A DNA stretch of 58,242 bases, filler included, from Dugesia japonica (lineage: Eukaryota): NCBI GenBank assembly GCA_001938525.1. It is 6 parts of 6 records of this genome, joined end to end, with 100 filler letters (N's around TTAATTAATTAA, not from the genome) between each part and the next. Parts side by side here need not be neighbours in the genome. Positions count along the whole stretch, not along the records: positions 38,083 to 49,674 come from MQRL01488873.1; positions 49,775 to 58,242 come from MQRL01579992.1; 4 more parts are not named here. One strand, written 5' to 3'. The notes under the pieces are model-generated. The model had not been told where the DNA came from. It saw only the letters and a program-made list of their open reading frames with translations, and ran no database searches. This document shows positions 39,080 through 51,553 of this stretch, piece by piece. Position 1 is the first letter of the stretch; every line of letters starts with the position of its first letter. The position numbers were made by a program, and so were the translations under genes.

Positions 39080-42000
39080 TCCCACGGATGGGCGAGGTTT
39101 TGACGTTCATGTATAAATAGATATTTTGAAAAAAAAAATTTTATTTATTTATTTTTTTATTTTAAAATATTTATTTAATAAACAGATCAATGGTTATATT
39201 AATTTTAAAAAGAAATTTATTTCATGTATAATATTTCTGGTTATTCTTAATCGTCAAAAATGCCCATCTCATTGTACGCAATTTGATTAGACACACAAAT
39301 GAGTTGTGCGAATGAAGAAATAACTTTTCAATATTAGTATGTAATAATTAAAACGTTATTATTACATTGCATGTGACTAGAGAGTCAAGTGGTAAATGGG
39401 TGTGTTTTCAATTGACACGATCAAAAAATTTTGAAATTGGGCAAAAATTTAATTAAAAGAAATTATAATTATTATAAGCAGTTAACAATCTACCTGTATA
39501 TCCTCCTATAGCTAGTTAGTTGTATGACAGCAAGATAAATGAACTATAATTAAAAATCTTAAAAGAGCTTCTATCTATAATTGCTATAAGCCTTTAGAAT
39601 TTTTAAATTGTTTTATTTTTTTTATAAAATATTACAAGATGGTCATGATTTATTTAGTGAATTATTTAGATAAAAATAAACATTTCTGAAGTATTTAAGT
39701 AAAAATGAATATTTTAAATATTTGGCAGAAAATTTTTATTAGTTTAATTTTATTAAATATATTCTTAAAAGTTTTAATTAATAAATAATTTAAAAACTGA
39801 ATGTTAGCTTAATGTCGACTTGTTCATATAAATAAAAACAACCACGAAGACTTAAAAAATTTGGTTTGAAAATTATAAATGCGAAATTATAAAAATGTAG
39901 TGAGAAATTTGTTTTTAATTTGAATTTTCTGGTGTTATTTTTAATGATTTATAATTTTATAAGACAAGAATTCTAATTTAGTTACCAAAAAATAATAATA
40001 TATAAAAAGTAAAAAGGTAGCGCTATTCATTAGAAATCTAATAATAATTATAAAAAGTATTAATCATATTAATTATTAACCAATCAAAATAAGGAATTAA
40101 CTACGGTATTTGCTAAAAGCAGTGAATCATTTTTTCAAAACTGTCTTCCGAAATCTAATCTATACTACCCTAGTAATTTATTGACGCGTTTTTATTTTTT
40201 TGAAGTATGGTATATAACGTAACATATTATAAACCAATCAACATTAGGAACTGAAACTACGATACTTTCTTAAAAAGACATTTTGTTATTATATTTTTGA
40301 AAACTATCATAAATATTTTATAGCAAAACAAAAATTCATCAATTTTTAATTTTAAATTGAAAAATTCCCATTCATTTTGTGACTAGACTTTCAATTTTTG
40401 TTCTGAGAATATAGATTGTATATAAATTACAATATAATTTAAATAAAATCTAGTTTTATTGGTTGTGTTAAAATTTTTATAATATTCAGAAAAGTGTTGA
40501 GATAGATTTCATACATCATATTAAAAATAAAATAGTATCACTTAATTCCATCTTAAAATAATGTATAAATAAAATCACTAATAATATTCGATGTCATTGA
40601 ATGTATTATAATACACACATCTAATTTTAATTAAAATATTTATTAATACAATCGCAATAGATAAAATGTATTTTGATATAAGTTCACAGAAAAATATTCA
40701 TTGACTTATTTAGTAGCGAAATAATCATGTAATATTGGAATTAAAATTGAAAACTTAATATGAAAACTTATACGCTAAACAAATTACAAAATTATTTCAG
40801 AAATCGATACCTAGTTTGAATTAGTTACATTTCTGTAAGAGTGTCTATTGTACATCTTTAATATACACTTCATATTTAGTATTCATTTTTCAATAGAAAG
40901 ATTTACAGCAATGAAATTATTTCGAACTAGATATCAATTTCAATAATAAAAATAATAAATGGAAAGGGTTAAAATGGAATATCAACATTATCAATTCCAA
41001 AAATGAGACAGCCACATGACAAAACCAGACAAGTTTTTACATTCGTCATTTTAATACTAAGTTTTTATTATTAATTTCATTGAAATAAATTCTTCAATTC
41101 ATTATTTTAAAAATATTTTTCGTTAAAAAAACGAAAAAATAAATTTTTCAACTTTAATATAATTTTTTAAAAATTTATTAGCTTGAAACTCAGAAATTTC
41201 ATTAAATTCTTTCAGTTTATATAATTATGCTTACTTTGATTGAATTATAGATATACCAGTAAATGCTACGAATAGTAGCAACCATATCGAACGATTTATC
41301 TAAATAAACTAGAATTACCATCAAAAAAATTATGAAAATATACCATTGAAATTAGATTTCTCAGTTAAGGAAATCCTTTTTAGTCCATATATTTATACTT
41401 ATTTTTTAAAACTAACATCTGGTTTTCAAAAATCTTTACCTAATTCTTTCATTTCAAAACTAGTTTGTCAACAAAAATGTCTGTTAGAGAAATTTAATTG
41501 AAAAGTAGATTGTTTATTATTCGGCATTGAACATTTACATTTCTTTGTTGGTTCGTTTTGTAGTAAAAGTAAAATTCCAACCCCTTATTAAACTTGTGTT
41601 AAAGGAATCATTTACTAAATAAAATTGCATTGATTAGTTAATTGATTTATTAATCTTGAAAAATGCATTATGAATCATAACAATTTCATCACAGAGGAAG
41701 ATTTAATTTACTCGTACTGGCTTGTTTGGTTTGTAATCACAGGCATTTTACTAACAGCCTATTGGACACTCTCCAACGTATATAACAAAATGTAAATTAA
41801 ACAACAGTAATTTTAGTTTCATAAAATGATGTTTTACCAATAAAATGGTGTCGAATTAAAAATTTTCAAGCCGAGGATTGTAATTGAAATTGGTGATTTT
41901 TACAAATTAATTTATAAAATAATTAATTTGAAATTTAAATCATTTAATAATATTTACATATCTGCTCAAATTTTAAATTATAAGAATAATTTTTTCTAGT

Positions 42001-42606
42001 AAAAATCGATACAAAATGGAAATTATGAAATCAATGTGGAGTAATTATGAATTAACGCAGGAAAAATTCAAATAAGTTGTCTTGTCATCAAAAGTAATAT
42101 ATAGTCTAGGACATATCCACAGGGCATGATCGCCTCTCCCCATAACAGGATTTAGAAAATACTATTAACAATAAGCAATTACTACCCACACGAATATTAT
42201 GATGCTAGTATGAGAAAGTAAAGAAGAAATGATTTAAAACAATTTTGTATCCAAAAGTTGAAATGTATTTGATAAAAATAATTTTTAAAAGTAGATAGTG
42301 GCGCACTAAACCAAATAACCTCCGACAAAGTGATCTAGAAATTTGGTTTGAAATTTTAGCTTAGTAATTTAGGATATATTTATCTACCGTAAAAATATTA
42401 AATACTAAAAATGATTAGTTAAATAAATTTTTTAATAAAATTAAGCTTTAATAGAAATTGTAATTGTTTGTTTTTTATTGTTATTTCCTCGGGAATACGT
42501 TTTGGCGATTTTTACCCATATTATTCTTACTCAGCATAAAATTTTCTTTTAAATAGATGATAAAATATGAAATACTTGATATTTTTTTGAAAAATCTATG
42601 TAAGAT

Positions 42607-43903
42607 ATTGAAAAAACCAATCAAATTGTCAACAGATTAGTATAAAAGTTTTTGAAATCTGACCATAAAAATTGTTTGTGAAAATTTTTTAAAAGTTTGG
42701 GCTGTTCACCCGTATTCCTATGAAAATTAGAATTATTTGTAATAATTTTTTTGTTTATTGTGAAAGTTACCTTTTTGGTAATTATTCACTTTTTCAAAAT
42801 TTTTAAACATTGATCTCTGAATGAGTAGAGGGATACTGGGTGTCTGCACCACGCACATTCAGTTACATCACCCTCGGTTTAGGATGTAATGAAACTTAAT
42901 TCTAATGCATTTAGTTGGAAATTTAAATATTACATCATAAATTACATTATTAGGTAATATTACTCAATTTGGGGTGGTTTTTCCCTGTCTATTTATTTGG
43001 GAAATTTTTTTGCACACAAATTATGTCATAAGATTAATTTCATCGATGAAATTTTGTGTAATAGGATTAAGTAGTGGTTTTATTTCCTGTGTATTTAGTT
43101 GGGAAAAGGTTTTAGGCTTTTTAAGTGGTAATAATTTTTAGGCTTTCTTAACAGCAATATTTTTTTCAGGCTTTTTAGTTGGGAATTTATTCGGTGACGT
43201 CGAATGAGGTCATTTTTTGATTGGTTTAGATGGATTTAGTCGAATATTTTCTCTGAAATGGTTAATTTTGTTCATTTTTGAGCGATTTGGTCAATTTTTG
43301 ATTGGTTCAGGTGAATTGGGCTCATTTTTTGGGCGATTCGGTCAATTATCTCCCCGGTATTGGTCAGTTTGGGCAAATTTGGTCGGTTTTAGGTAATTTT
43401 TGGGTGGTTTGTTCGAATTTTGCCTCGGGATTGGTAATTTTTGGTGGTTTAGGTAAAATTGATAGAAAATATAATATCCGCAGGTTTGGTTAACTTGGTT
43501 AATTTTTGGATGATTTGGTTGAAATTTCCTCGGGAATGGTTAATTTGGATCAGTTTTGGACAATTTGGTCAATGATTTCCTTACTAGGTGAAGTTTTAGG
43601 AGAATTTGAATGATAATTTTCTCGGACTGGCCAGTTTGGATTGAATTTTAAGGAAATTCATGTGAAAAGTTGAATTTGTTTAAATTTTCAAGTTTTTAGA
43701 TTTTTTATGGGAATCTTTTAAAGGAATCCGGGCCAACCATTCATGTTGTTTAAATAATATGAAAATTAAAAATAAAATTTTAAACGAAATTTTTATGAGA
43801 ATCTGGGTGAACAGTCTAAAATTTTGAAAAAAATATGTTCTTTATCTCATATTTCAAAGATTTTTATACCAAACTGCTGAGAATTTTACGGCGATTATTT
43901 TTC
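42607..43903. mobile_element. Foldback-like element with ~120-bp inverted arms and an internal minisatellite
   Basis: 42607-42727 (gtataaaagtttttgaaat..ctgttcacccgtattcctatgaaaatt) is the inverted homologue of 43788-43903; TTGGTCAATT satellite at 43200-43650 inside. Confidence 0.6.
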
Positions 43904-43949
43904 ACAAATAAAATTTTTTACTGATAATAAGGTATTTAATAAAAATAAA

Positions 43950-45370
43950 CCCATTGAACTTAAAGTCCAACCAGGGTTGCCAAGGTGCACACAGGTTTTT
44001 GGGTTGAAACACCGGATTAAAGAAGAAAATATAATCAGAGGGCTCAAGTTTGGTTATTTGGAAGAAATAAAATGAAGTAGAAGGTCTAATCAAAAATAAT
44101 TTTCATTTTGATGATAAATTGCAAATAAATAATTTAAAGAAGATCAGAAGAAATAAAATAAAAGAATAAGGAAGCGATAAAGATAATAATAAAAGTAATA
44201 ATAATCAACGCCAATTATGGAAATTATAATTTATAATCAAAAATAAGCGAAGTATTAATAAAAATATAATCAGAAATAACGAAAGAAAATTAATTAATTA
44301 TTGCAGTAAAAGAGAATTAATTACATCGGAAATCAGAAAAAGGGAATAACTTTCCATGGGAGAATCAAAAATCATCGAGCTAAGAAAAACTGAGAAGCCC
44401 TTAACCAGGGTAATTTAATGATGTAGCTGAGAAAACAGTGGCATCTTCGGAAGAATCAGAAAAAAGGCTGTAGATGTTGGGCCAATGACGAATCAAGAAA
44501 ATAAGTATTAAAATTATTATGGATCTTATTAGCATTATTAATATTATTATAATTGTTGTCGTTGCTGTTACCAATGTCATCAATACTGTTATAAATATTG
44601 TCTTTTCCATCAATATTAATATTACTATTATTATTATTATTATTTACAGTTAGCATTAATATTAATACTGTTTAAATTCATATTAATTATTCTCACTATG
44701 ATTACTGTTAATAGATTTGCTACTGAATTAACTTTAGTTTTACTTCCAACGTAATTAGTTAATAATAATAATATCCACATGGTTATGGCCTTCATTTAGT
44801 TTTTGGTGTTAGCATGATATTCACGAGGCTTTAGACCCAACGTATTACCCCTATTATTACCTTATTATTGTTATTACAATTATTATTATTGAATCAAATT
44901 ATTATCATTCTTACTATTGTTATTAGAACTTATATTGGTAATAGGATGACTAATATTACTGCTGCCAAGATTATTTTTATTGCCAATATTATTATTATGA
45001 TTATTTTTACCATGATTATTTATATTACTGGGGTGGTTAATAAAACGCGTCAACATTACTATGAATATTGGTTCCATCGATTATTACTCGCGGTATTACA
45101 CGCCGCCGTAATATTTTTTATCGATATTTTTTTGTGTCTGAACTAAACTCTCATCCGCGACTGCCCCAAATTATTGTGATTGTTAAGAACATGCCGACGA
45201 AAATGTGTAATGCGTTGCGTTTGATTCGAAAGGAGAGAAAATCGTCCCGCTTAAAACAACTCATAGGTCATTTACTTTTTCCCAAATTGGTGGAGCATCC
45301 AGATGAAACAGACCTGAACTGTTTCCTGGAGATGTTCCCGCTTGAGAACGAAGTGGATTTAGACTGAAAT
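43950..45370 (-). pseudogene. Degraded ORF with a possible C2H2-like finger and Asn-rich tract
   Basis: SCFKRD..TQRITHFRRHVLNNH (across a frameshift) followed by long poly-Asn-type coding; disrupted. Confidence 0.3.
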
Positions 45371-45549
45371 TCCTAAATTCAACACTTACCTACTATTAAA
45401 ATGTTTGCTAAATAAAATCATTAACGGCTTATTGATTTGAGTTATTTCAAATATGCTTGGAAAAAGTTGTTAACAATCAAATATTTACATTTTTTTGATT
45501 TCTCTCGATATAAATCTTTCAAATCTTTTTATTTGTTTCTTGAGCAATT

Positions 45550-47225
45550 ATAAATGGAACTAGTGCTAGATAGAAGAACTAGCCGGATGGTTTTTAAGCG
45601 CTTCACAAATCCGTTCAATAAATCTACTGGTATATTGATAGATAGGTCAAATTTGACTCATGAGGACGCAGAGCAAAAGTGGCAGTGGGATGCAAACGAA
45701 CGTCGAGCCTATCAAACTTAGACAGGCCCTGACCGTAACGTCAAGACGGTAGCTCCTATCACAACTTCTTCGGTAGATGCTATGGTTGTACGACATTATC
45801 ATCGAGAGAGCTAAACTGAATACTCATCGACTACTCTTCCTCCCGTCCATTCTCCTACTCCCTCCAAGTTAAAGGAATTCATTGATGATTATCTGTGGAG
45901 CATTAGGGACTCCGGTAGTCAATTTTGATGTGTTTATCAATAATAAAATTGTTTTATATGTTAATATTAGTTCTAATTAGTCAGGTCACGTTTACTTTCA
46001 TTAATTAAGTTAACTGTTCTTGTTAATTATCACATGTTTTAAATAGGTTACATGAGTGATGATATATCAGTTTCTTTGAACTTTGATTTACCCTAAATAA
46101 TACTTTCATATCTTCATTTAGTGAATAGTTCCGGCAGTCGATCCATTGCTCTTACCAAAAAAATACGCGAAGGTAGTGAGTACATCGACATATCCTGGGA
46201 TCTATATCGCTTGGCAAAGAAAAAATGATAGGCTGACACTGCCACAGCCAATGCCAAAGTCAAGCGTTATAAGAAAAAATGCCGGGAATACTGTCTGGAG
46301 GCCGAGGCTTCACAAGTTCAAGAGAGGTCTTGGAAAACGCAGCTAGAAACGTTCGCTGAGAGCAAGTTGGTGACTGATATTTTAGAGTTACGCAAACGAA
46401 TCCCCATTGAGCCATTGTATATAGACAAACTTACGCAAACTCCCCGAAGCTAACAGTTGAACACAGTCATCTGATTTTTATTCAATATTAAAGTTTGTAA
46501 ATTGATCTTATCTTGAATTGGTTTATGCTCTCAACGATTTTAACCCCTAATGTTTATTTATTAAGATTGCATGTTGATGTGTTCGTTTCGGATCTTACAA
46601 TTTATTTTCTTTTAGTGCCGAGAATAAGACTCTCACCTCATCTCCACTGATGTCATAAATTAATACACAAGCTGCTACTTGAGTGAAATTTTTCCAGAAG
46701 GTGTGAGCGTTCTATGTTGCGCCACCTGTCTCACCGTAATAGGCTAATAAAGAAGTTATAAATAGTAAATTGAAAACAAGACGAATTGGCGAATAGAGTA
46801 AAACAACTACTCACTCACAAAATCAATTTTTTGAAAATATATATCGCTGACCTGTCCACTCGTCTATAACTCGGAGCATGGGTCAGCAGGAACAGCGATG
46901 ATGACGAAGCCGTATTCAACCTTTCGAATGATGAGCCAGCTCAGTGGTTTGGCCTTGAAGCTCTAAACTTTATTTAAATGTTTGTAAAGAATATATTTTT
47001 CTTAAAAGTTTATTGTTAATATCTTGAGTCAGTTTAATTTAAATTGGGGAAATTTCGAACCTGAATTAAAGGTGTAACATTGAGAACTCCAAGTAAGCGT
47101 TGGGAGTCAACCAATTTGCACTGAAAATCTAACGAGGGAGATTAGGTAAATTCTTCGAGGGGACCTCTGAGGGCTGATTTTTCCCCCAGCCACATTTTTC
47201 CAACACTAACTGAGGTGGTATTCTA
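45550..47225 (+). pseudogene. Copy 2 of the unidentified four-block spliced gene/element family
   Basis: ELVLDRRTSRMVFKRFTNPFNKSTG; ISWDLYRLAKKK**ADT..AKVKRYKKKC; CHKLIHKLL..RHLSHRNRLIKK..DEPAQW; ENLT..FP.LTEV. All align in order with 380-2090 (-). Confidence 0.7.
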
Positions 47226-47884
47226 ACAAGGGAACCAAGTAGTAAGCAAAAAAGTAGAAGGATAATCAGATGATTAAAATATACTGAAATAGTTATATTA
47301 TTTTAAATAAGAAACATGTCATATCAACTCATATTCATTATCACTCAGTCTTATTATCTTCTTTTATCTCTAAATGCTACTCTTTAAAAATTAAGATTCG
47401 ATAGAAATTTGAGAAAAATATAGCTAAATATGGCTTAATATGGGTAAATCAAGAGAATATAGTTTAATCTGTTCATCGCTTATTCAATATAGTCAAATAT
47501 AATATTCACACTAAATATATATATATATATATATATATACTTTATAACTAATAACCCGAATAAACTGATTAATTATTCACCTTAATATAGTAAAATCTAT
47601 TAAACAATATATTTCTAATGTGTTTATTAATCAATTAATCACCTACTTAGAACATATATTTATTCAATCATTAAACAAGAACCATTATGAAATCTTAGAA
47701 GAAAAGATTTTGAAGATGACTGAAAAAAATGAGAAAAAAAGATGTTGTATTAATAAATGTTATATTAATAAGTGTTTTATTGAATAATTGTTTTCTTTTA
47801 TTGTTTTTATAATTAGTAAATAAATAAGTTTTTATAATTAATAAATAAATAAGTTTTTTTTAATAATAAGTAAACAAAAAACAA

Positions 47885-48130
47885 TATGCTAAATTTAGAA
47901 ACTCCCATGCAAATATAGAGATTCCCTATGCTAAATATAGAAACTCCCGCATACCACACAAAATTTAGAGACTCCCCATACCATGCAAAATATATAGTCT
48001 GCCCAAAAAAAATTTTTAATTCCGCCCTTCCAAAAGAAACATATTTTTAAATTTCCCGCAAAAAATTCCCTCCAAAAAAAAAGACTACCCTCCATACAAA
48101 AAATATTAAAATAAACACCCTTCCAATCCA
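47885..48130. repeat. Minisatellite AAATATAGAAACTCCC-like
   Basis: Several tandem aaat(a/t)taga(a/g)actccc units degenerating into A/C-rich sequence. Confidence 0.6.
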
Positions 48131-48548
48131 AAAATACAAAAAATACTCAAAAATACATCATTTCTACAAAAATACCAATATTTTCAATTAATTCATCATT
48201 TTAAGCAAAATACAGCATTTTTACACAAAATTCAGTTTTCAAAAAATTATTACGTCATACACTCCCGATAGAAAATTTCAAATAAATCTTATAAAATCCG
48301 ATAATTAATTCTCTTTCAACCCATACCACTTTTCCCCTCCCAAAANCTTTTTTAACACACTTATACTACTTACAAATATCAACCAATAAAATTCAACCAC
48401 AACCAATCATAAATTAAAGCACAATCGACATCCAAAATATTCCCCATCACATTACCTTTCCAACTAACCATCAACTACCAAAATCCATTCATCAACAACA
48501 AACATATTCACTTTCCAAATATTAATGCGTGATAACTCATCAGAGATC

Positions 48549-48711
48549 CAGTGCGCCACTACCCTCTGAAGACCGAACGACATATACCACCTCAAAAGTC
48601 CTTTAAACAATGTATAGATAGAATTTCGGTTCCAACACAAAAATACCATAAAACAATCAAAATAATATTTCCAAGATCCCAAAAATTCCATACGGGATAG
48701 TGGCGCGACTG
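48549..48711. mobile_element. Tiny MITE-like inverted repeat
   Basis: cagtgcgccactaccc / gggatagtggcgcgactg. Confidence 0.5.
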
Positions 48712-49674
48712 TATGTCAACCTTAGGTTTTCATCAGAAATTTTATTTAATCATTTGAATTAAATTCATTTTTCATGAAGTTTTGAACACAATTAACTTTA
48801 TAAGTAGTTAAATAAAATATCAATGAAAATTTTGAGTAATTTCATTTGATAGAAATACTTTTTCCTCTAATTGATTTTATCGAGTTATTGAAAAGTAATT
48901 TTTTCTAGCCTTCGTAAGCAAATATGAACCACATATTATTGTCACCTTTAAAAAATCACTTAGAAACCCGAAATTTCTTAGAAAACGCTAATGTTGTATT
49001 TTGAACCAATAAAAATCTTGCTCATATAAATAACCTGACCGTCCAGGCAGCAACTTTTGGTAAATCTTTAGCGCAAAATGATTGTGAATGAGCAAAGTTG
49101 TAAATAATCGGAAGTTTATCATTTAATTTATAATTAATAATTTATGGATTTTGAATCTCTTTTGGAATCAATCCGATAATAAGCTTACATTTGTTATAAA
49201 AAATAACATAATTGAAAGAACTTGTCTAAAAAATCCTATCAAATGCTCATACTTTTAATATACATTTAGCTTAAATTTAATTGTGTTATTGATATTCAGA
49301 AAATTATTTTTTATTCTTGAGATTTTCAGCCTGAATAAAGTTTTTGGAACTTAGTCAGGTTGTGCATGATAAACAGAGTAGCATATCATTTCTAAAACAG
49401 CGTGGCACTCTTTTGAATGGAAAATTTTGTTTTAACAATCATTAAATTATCATTTCCATAACAGATAAAAAGTAAAGATGGCGCTGCCATATATCATAAT
49501 GTTGCCTGAAAATTTTTCTCAAAAATGGTTTTTGGTTCCAAAATGTNCATCTATATTACAGGGATGTTGTTCTATTTATTTATTATTGGCCACATGAAAT
49601 TATGTGGATATCTTTTTTTGTCAATGTGAACAACGCATTTCCAAATCAACAGTAGTGGATTACAATAACTGCTT

Positions 49675-49774
49675 NNNNNNNNNNNNNNNNNNNNNNNNNN
49701 NNNNNNNNNNNNNNNNNNTTAATTAATTAANNNNNNNNNNNNNNNNNNNNNNNNNNNNNNNNNNNNNNNNNNNN
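49675..49774. other. Artificial contig linker
   Basis: N44-TTAATTAATTAA-N44. Confidence 0.95.
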
Positions 49775-49845
49775 TATTATTAAATAATGTTTTATTTTTA
49801 TTCCAAATCGGTAAATCGTTGCTCATTTTATAATTTTAAAAAACA

Positions 49846-50436
49846 ATGTTTAATATAACTGAAACTGAATTAAGAGACTTGATAGATTCTAATAAATCAA
49901 AATCTGTTTTAATAGATGATAAAAAGTATTGGATTGGTAATAACATGAAAGAATTAATTAAAAATGAAGAGATTAAAAATGAAAAAAAAGTGGATTTCTT
50001 CCTCTTTTAGCTTTGATTTCTTTTATTGCAAAACCCGCAGCTGTTGTAGGAGGTTTAGGAGCAGCAGCAGGAGGAGTAGCAATGGTTGTTGTAAAAGCTA
50101 GAGAATCTTCAAAATTAGGTGTAGAAAGACAAAAGGTTGAAGAATATTTAATACAATTAAAAGAAACTGGAAACAAAATTACTCAACCATTTAAAGGTAA
50201 AGGTATCGTAGAAAGTTATAAAGGAAACGGCATTTATTTAAATCCCTATCAAGTAAAAGGTGTATACAATTTTATAAAGAATTTAATTAATCAATCAAAC
50301 TTGCCAGAAAACTTGCCAATCAAACTTGTCAATAAAATAAGTAATAAATAAAACAGGTAAAAAATTAAAATTAGGTGGCATTGTTAAAATAAAAGCATCA
50401 AAACATGGTTTAGAAATATATATGCGTCCTTATTAA
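49846..50436 (+). pseudogene. Polinton/adintovirus virion core-like (pX-type) protein, two frameshifts
   Basis: ATG 49846, frameshift in the A-run near 49985, then SGFLPLLALI..GGLGAAAGGVA..GKG..GNGIYLNPY; frameshift near 50350, ending HGLEIYMRPY*. GFLP / AGG / GxGxYLxPY is a recurring motif set in these elements. Confidence 0.75.
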
Positions 50437-50449
50437 TGAATATTTAAAA

Positions 50450-51125
50450 ATGTATGAAAATAGAATTGCTTTATTGAAACAATTAATCAAAGAACAAGAT
50501 AAATATAATAATAAAGAATTATCTGAAAAAAACTGAAGCAACAATTCTAAATGATGTTTTAACTCAACAACAAACACCTACATTAAAAGCATTAGAAAGA
50601 ATAGATAAAACATTATTAACACACAGCTAGCTTCAATTAAAAATACTAAACAAACTAAACCAGCTATTAAGGATAAAAAGGAATCACAAAAACAACAACA
50701 AACACCATTAATTGATTCTGATAATTATGAACCGTTTGATATGAATAAAGATATTACTAATTCGATAACAGCAACAATTTGTCCTGCATTTACAAAAAGA
50801 AAAAATAAATTATTTAAAATTTAGAATTATAACTATTAATAAGCATCCTTTTATGCTTTATAAAAGAAATGGAACACAAAATATATGGTCACAATTAGAT
50901 AAAATTGAATTTGAATTTAAAAATGATTTAAAGAATTTAATGCTAGGTAACTCAAGTAATAAAGATGAAATTAAAAAATATTTAAATTTATTATCTTTAT
51001 GTAAATCAACTTCGTGTAATTATATTAGAAGTTTAAAACATTATGCTTTATCTAATAATGGACCAATAATTCAAGAAGGAAGAGGAATTGAAATAATAAG
51101 TCATCTTAAAAACATTTGGTATTAA
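50450..51125 (+). pseudogene. Fragmented hypothetical viral protein
   Basis: Continuous coding-like sequence (MYENRIALLKQLIKEQ..TPTLKALERID.. to ..GRGIEIISHLKNIWY) broken by frameshifts. Confidence 0.5.
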
Positions 51126-51165
51126 TACTAAAACAAATTTTGATTTAAAAGAATACTCTATTCAA

Positions 51166-51519
51166 TTGAATTTATCTGGTAAAATATTAATGAATGACGA
51201 GCTTTATAAATTAAAAACAACTAAGAAATACAACGTTATTATTAATTATCAAAACTCAAATAAAAACGGATCTCACTGGGTTTGTTTTAAAGACAGACTG
51301 TTTTATTTCGATTCATATGGTATTAAACCTACAGATAAAGTTGAAGCTTTTTTAAATATAGATTATTTTTATAACAAAATACAATTACAACCAAATGAAA
51401 CAAATATATGTGGTATATTATGTCTTTATGTTTTATATATGTTAAACAGTACAGATATTTCTTTTGATAAAATTATTGATTCTATTTACTCTGATTTAGA
51501 AACACTTTTGAATAAGTAA
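51166..51519 (+). CDS. Adenain-type cysteine maturation protease
   Basis: IINYQNSNKNGSHWVCF..YFDSYG..QLQ....ICGILCLYVL: catalytic His, Asp, Gln and Cys all present; 5' end probably frameshifted. Confidence 0.92.
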   Translation: MNLSGKILMNDELYKLKTTKKYNVIINYQNSNKNGSHWVCFKDRLFYFDSYGIKPTDKVEAFLNIDYFYNKIQLQPNETNICGILCLYVLYMLNSTDISFDKIIDSIYSDLETLLNK

Positions 51520-51553
51520 GTAAATTACTGAATAATTTATCACAAATAAAAAA

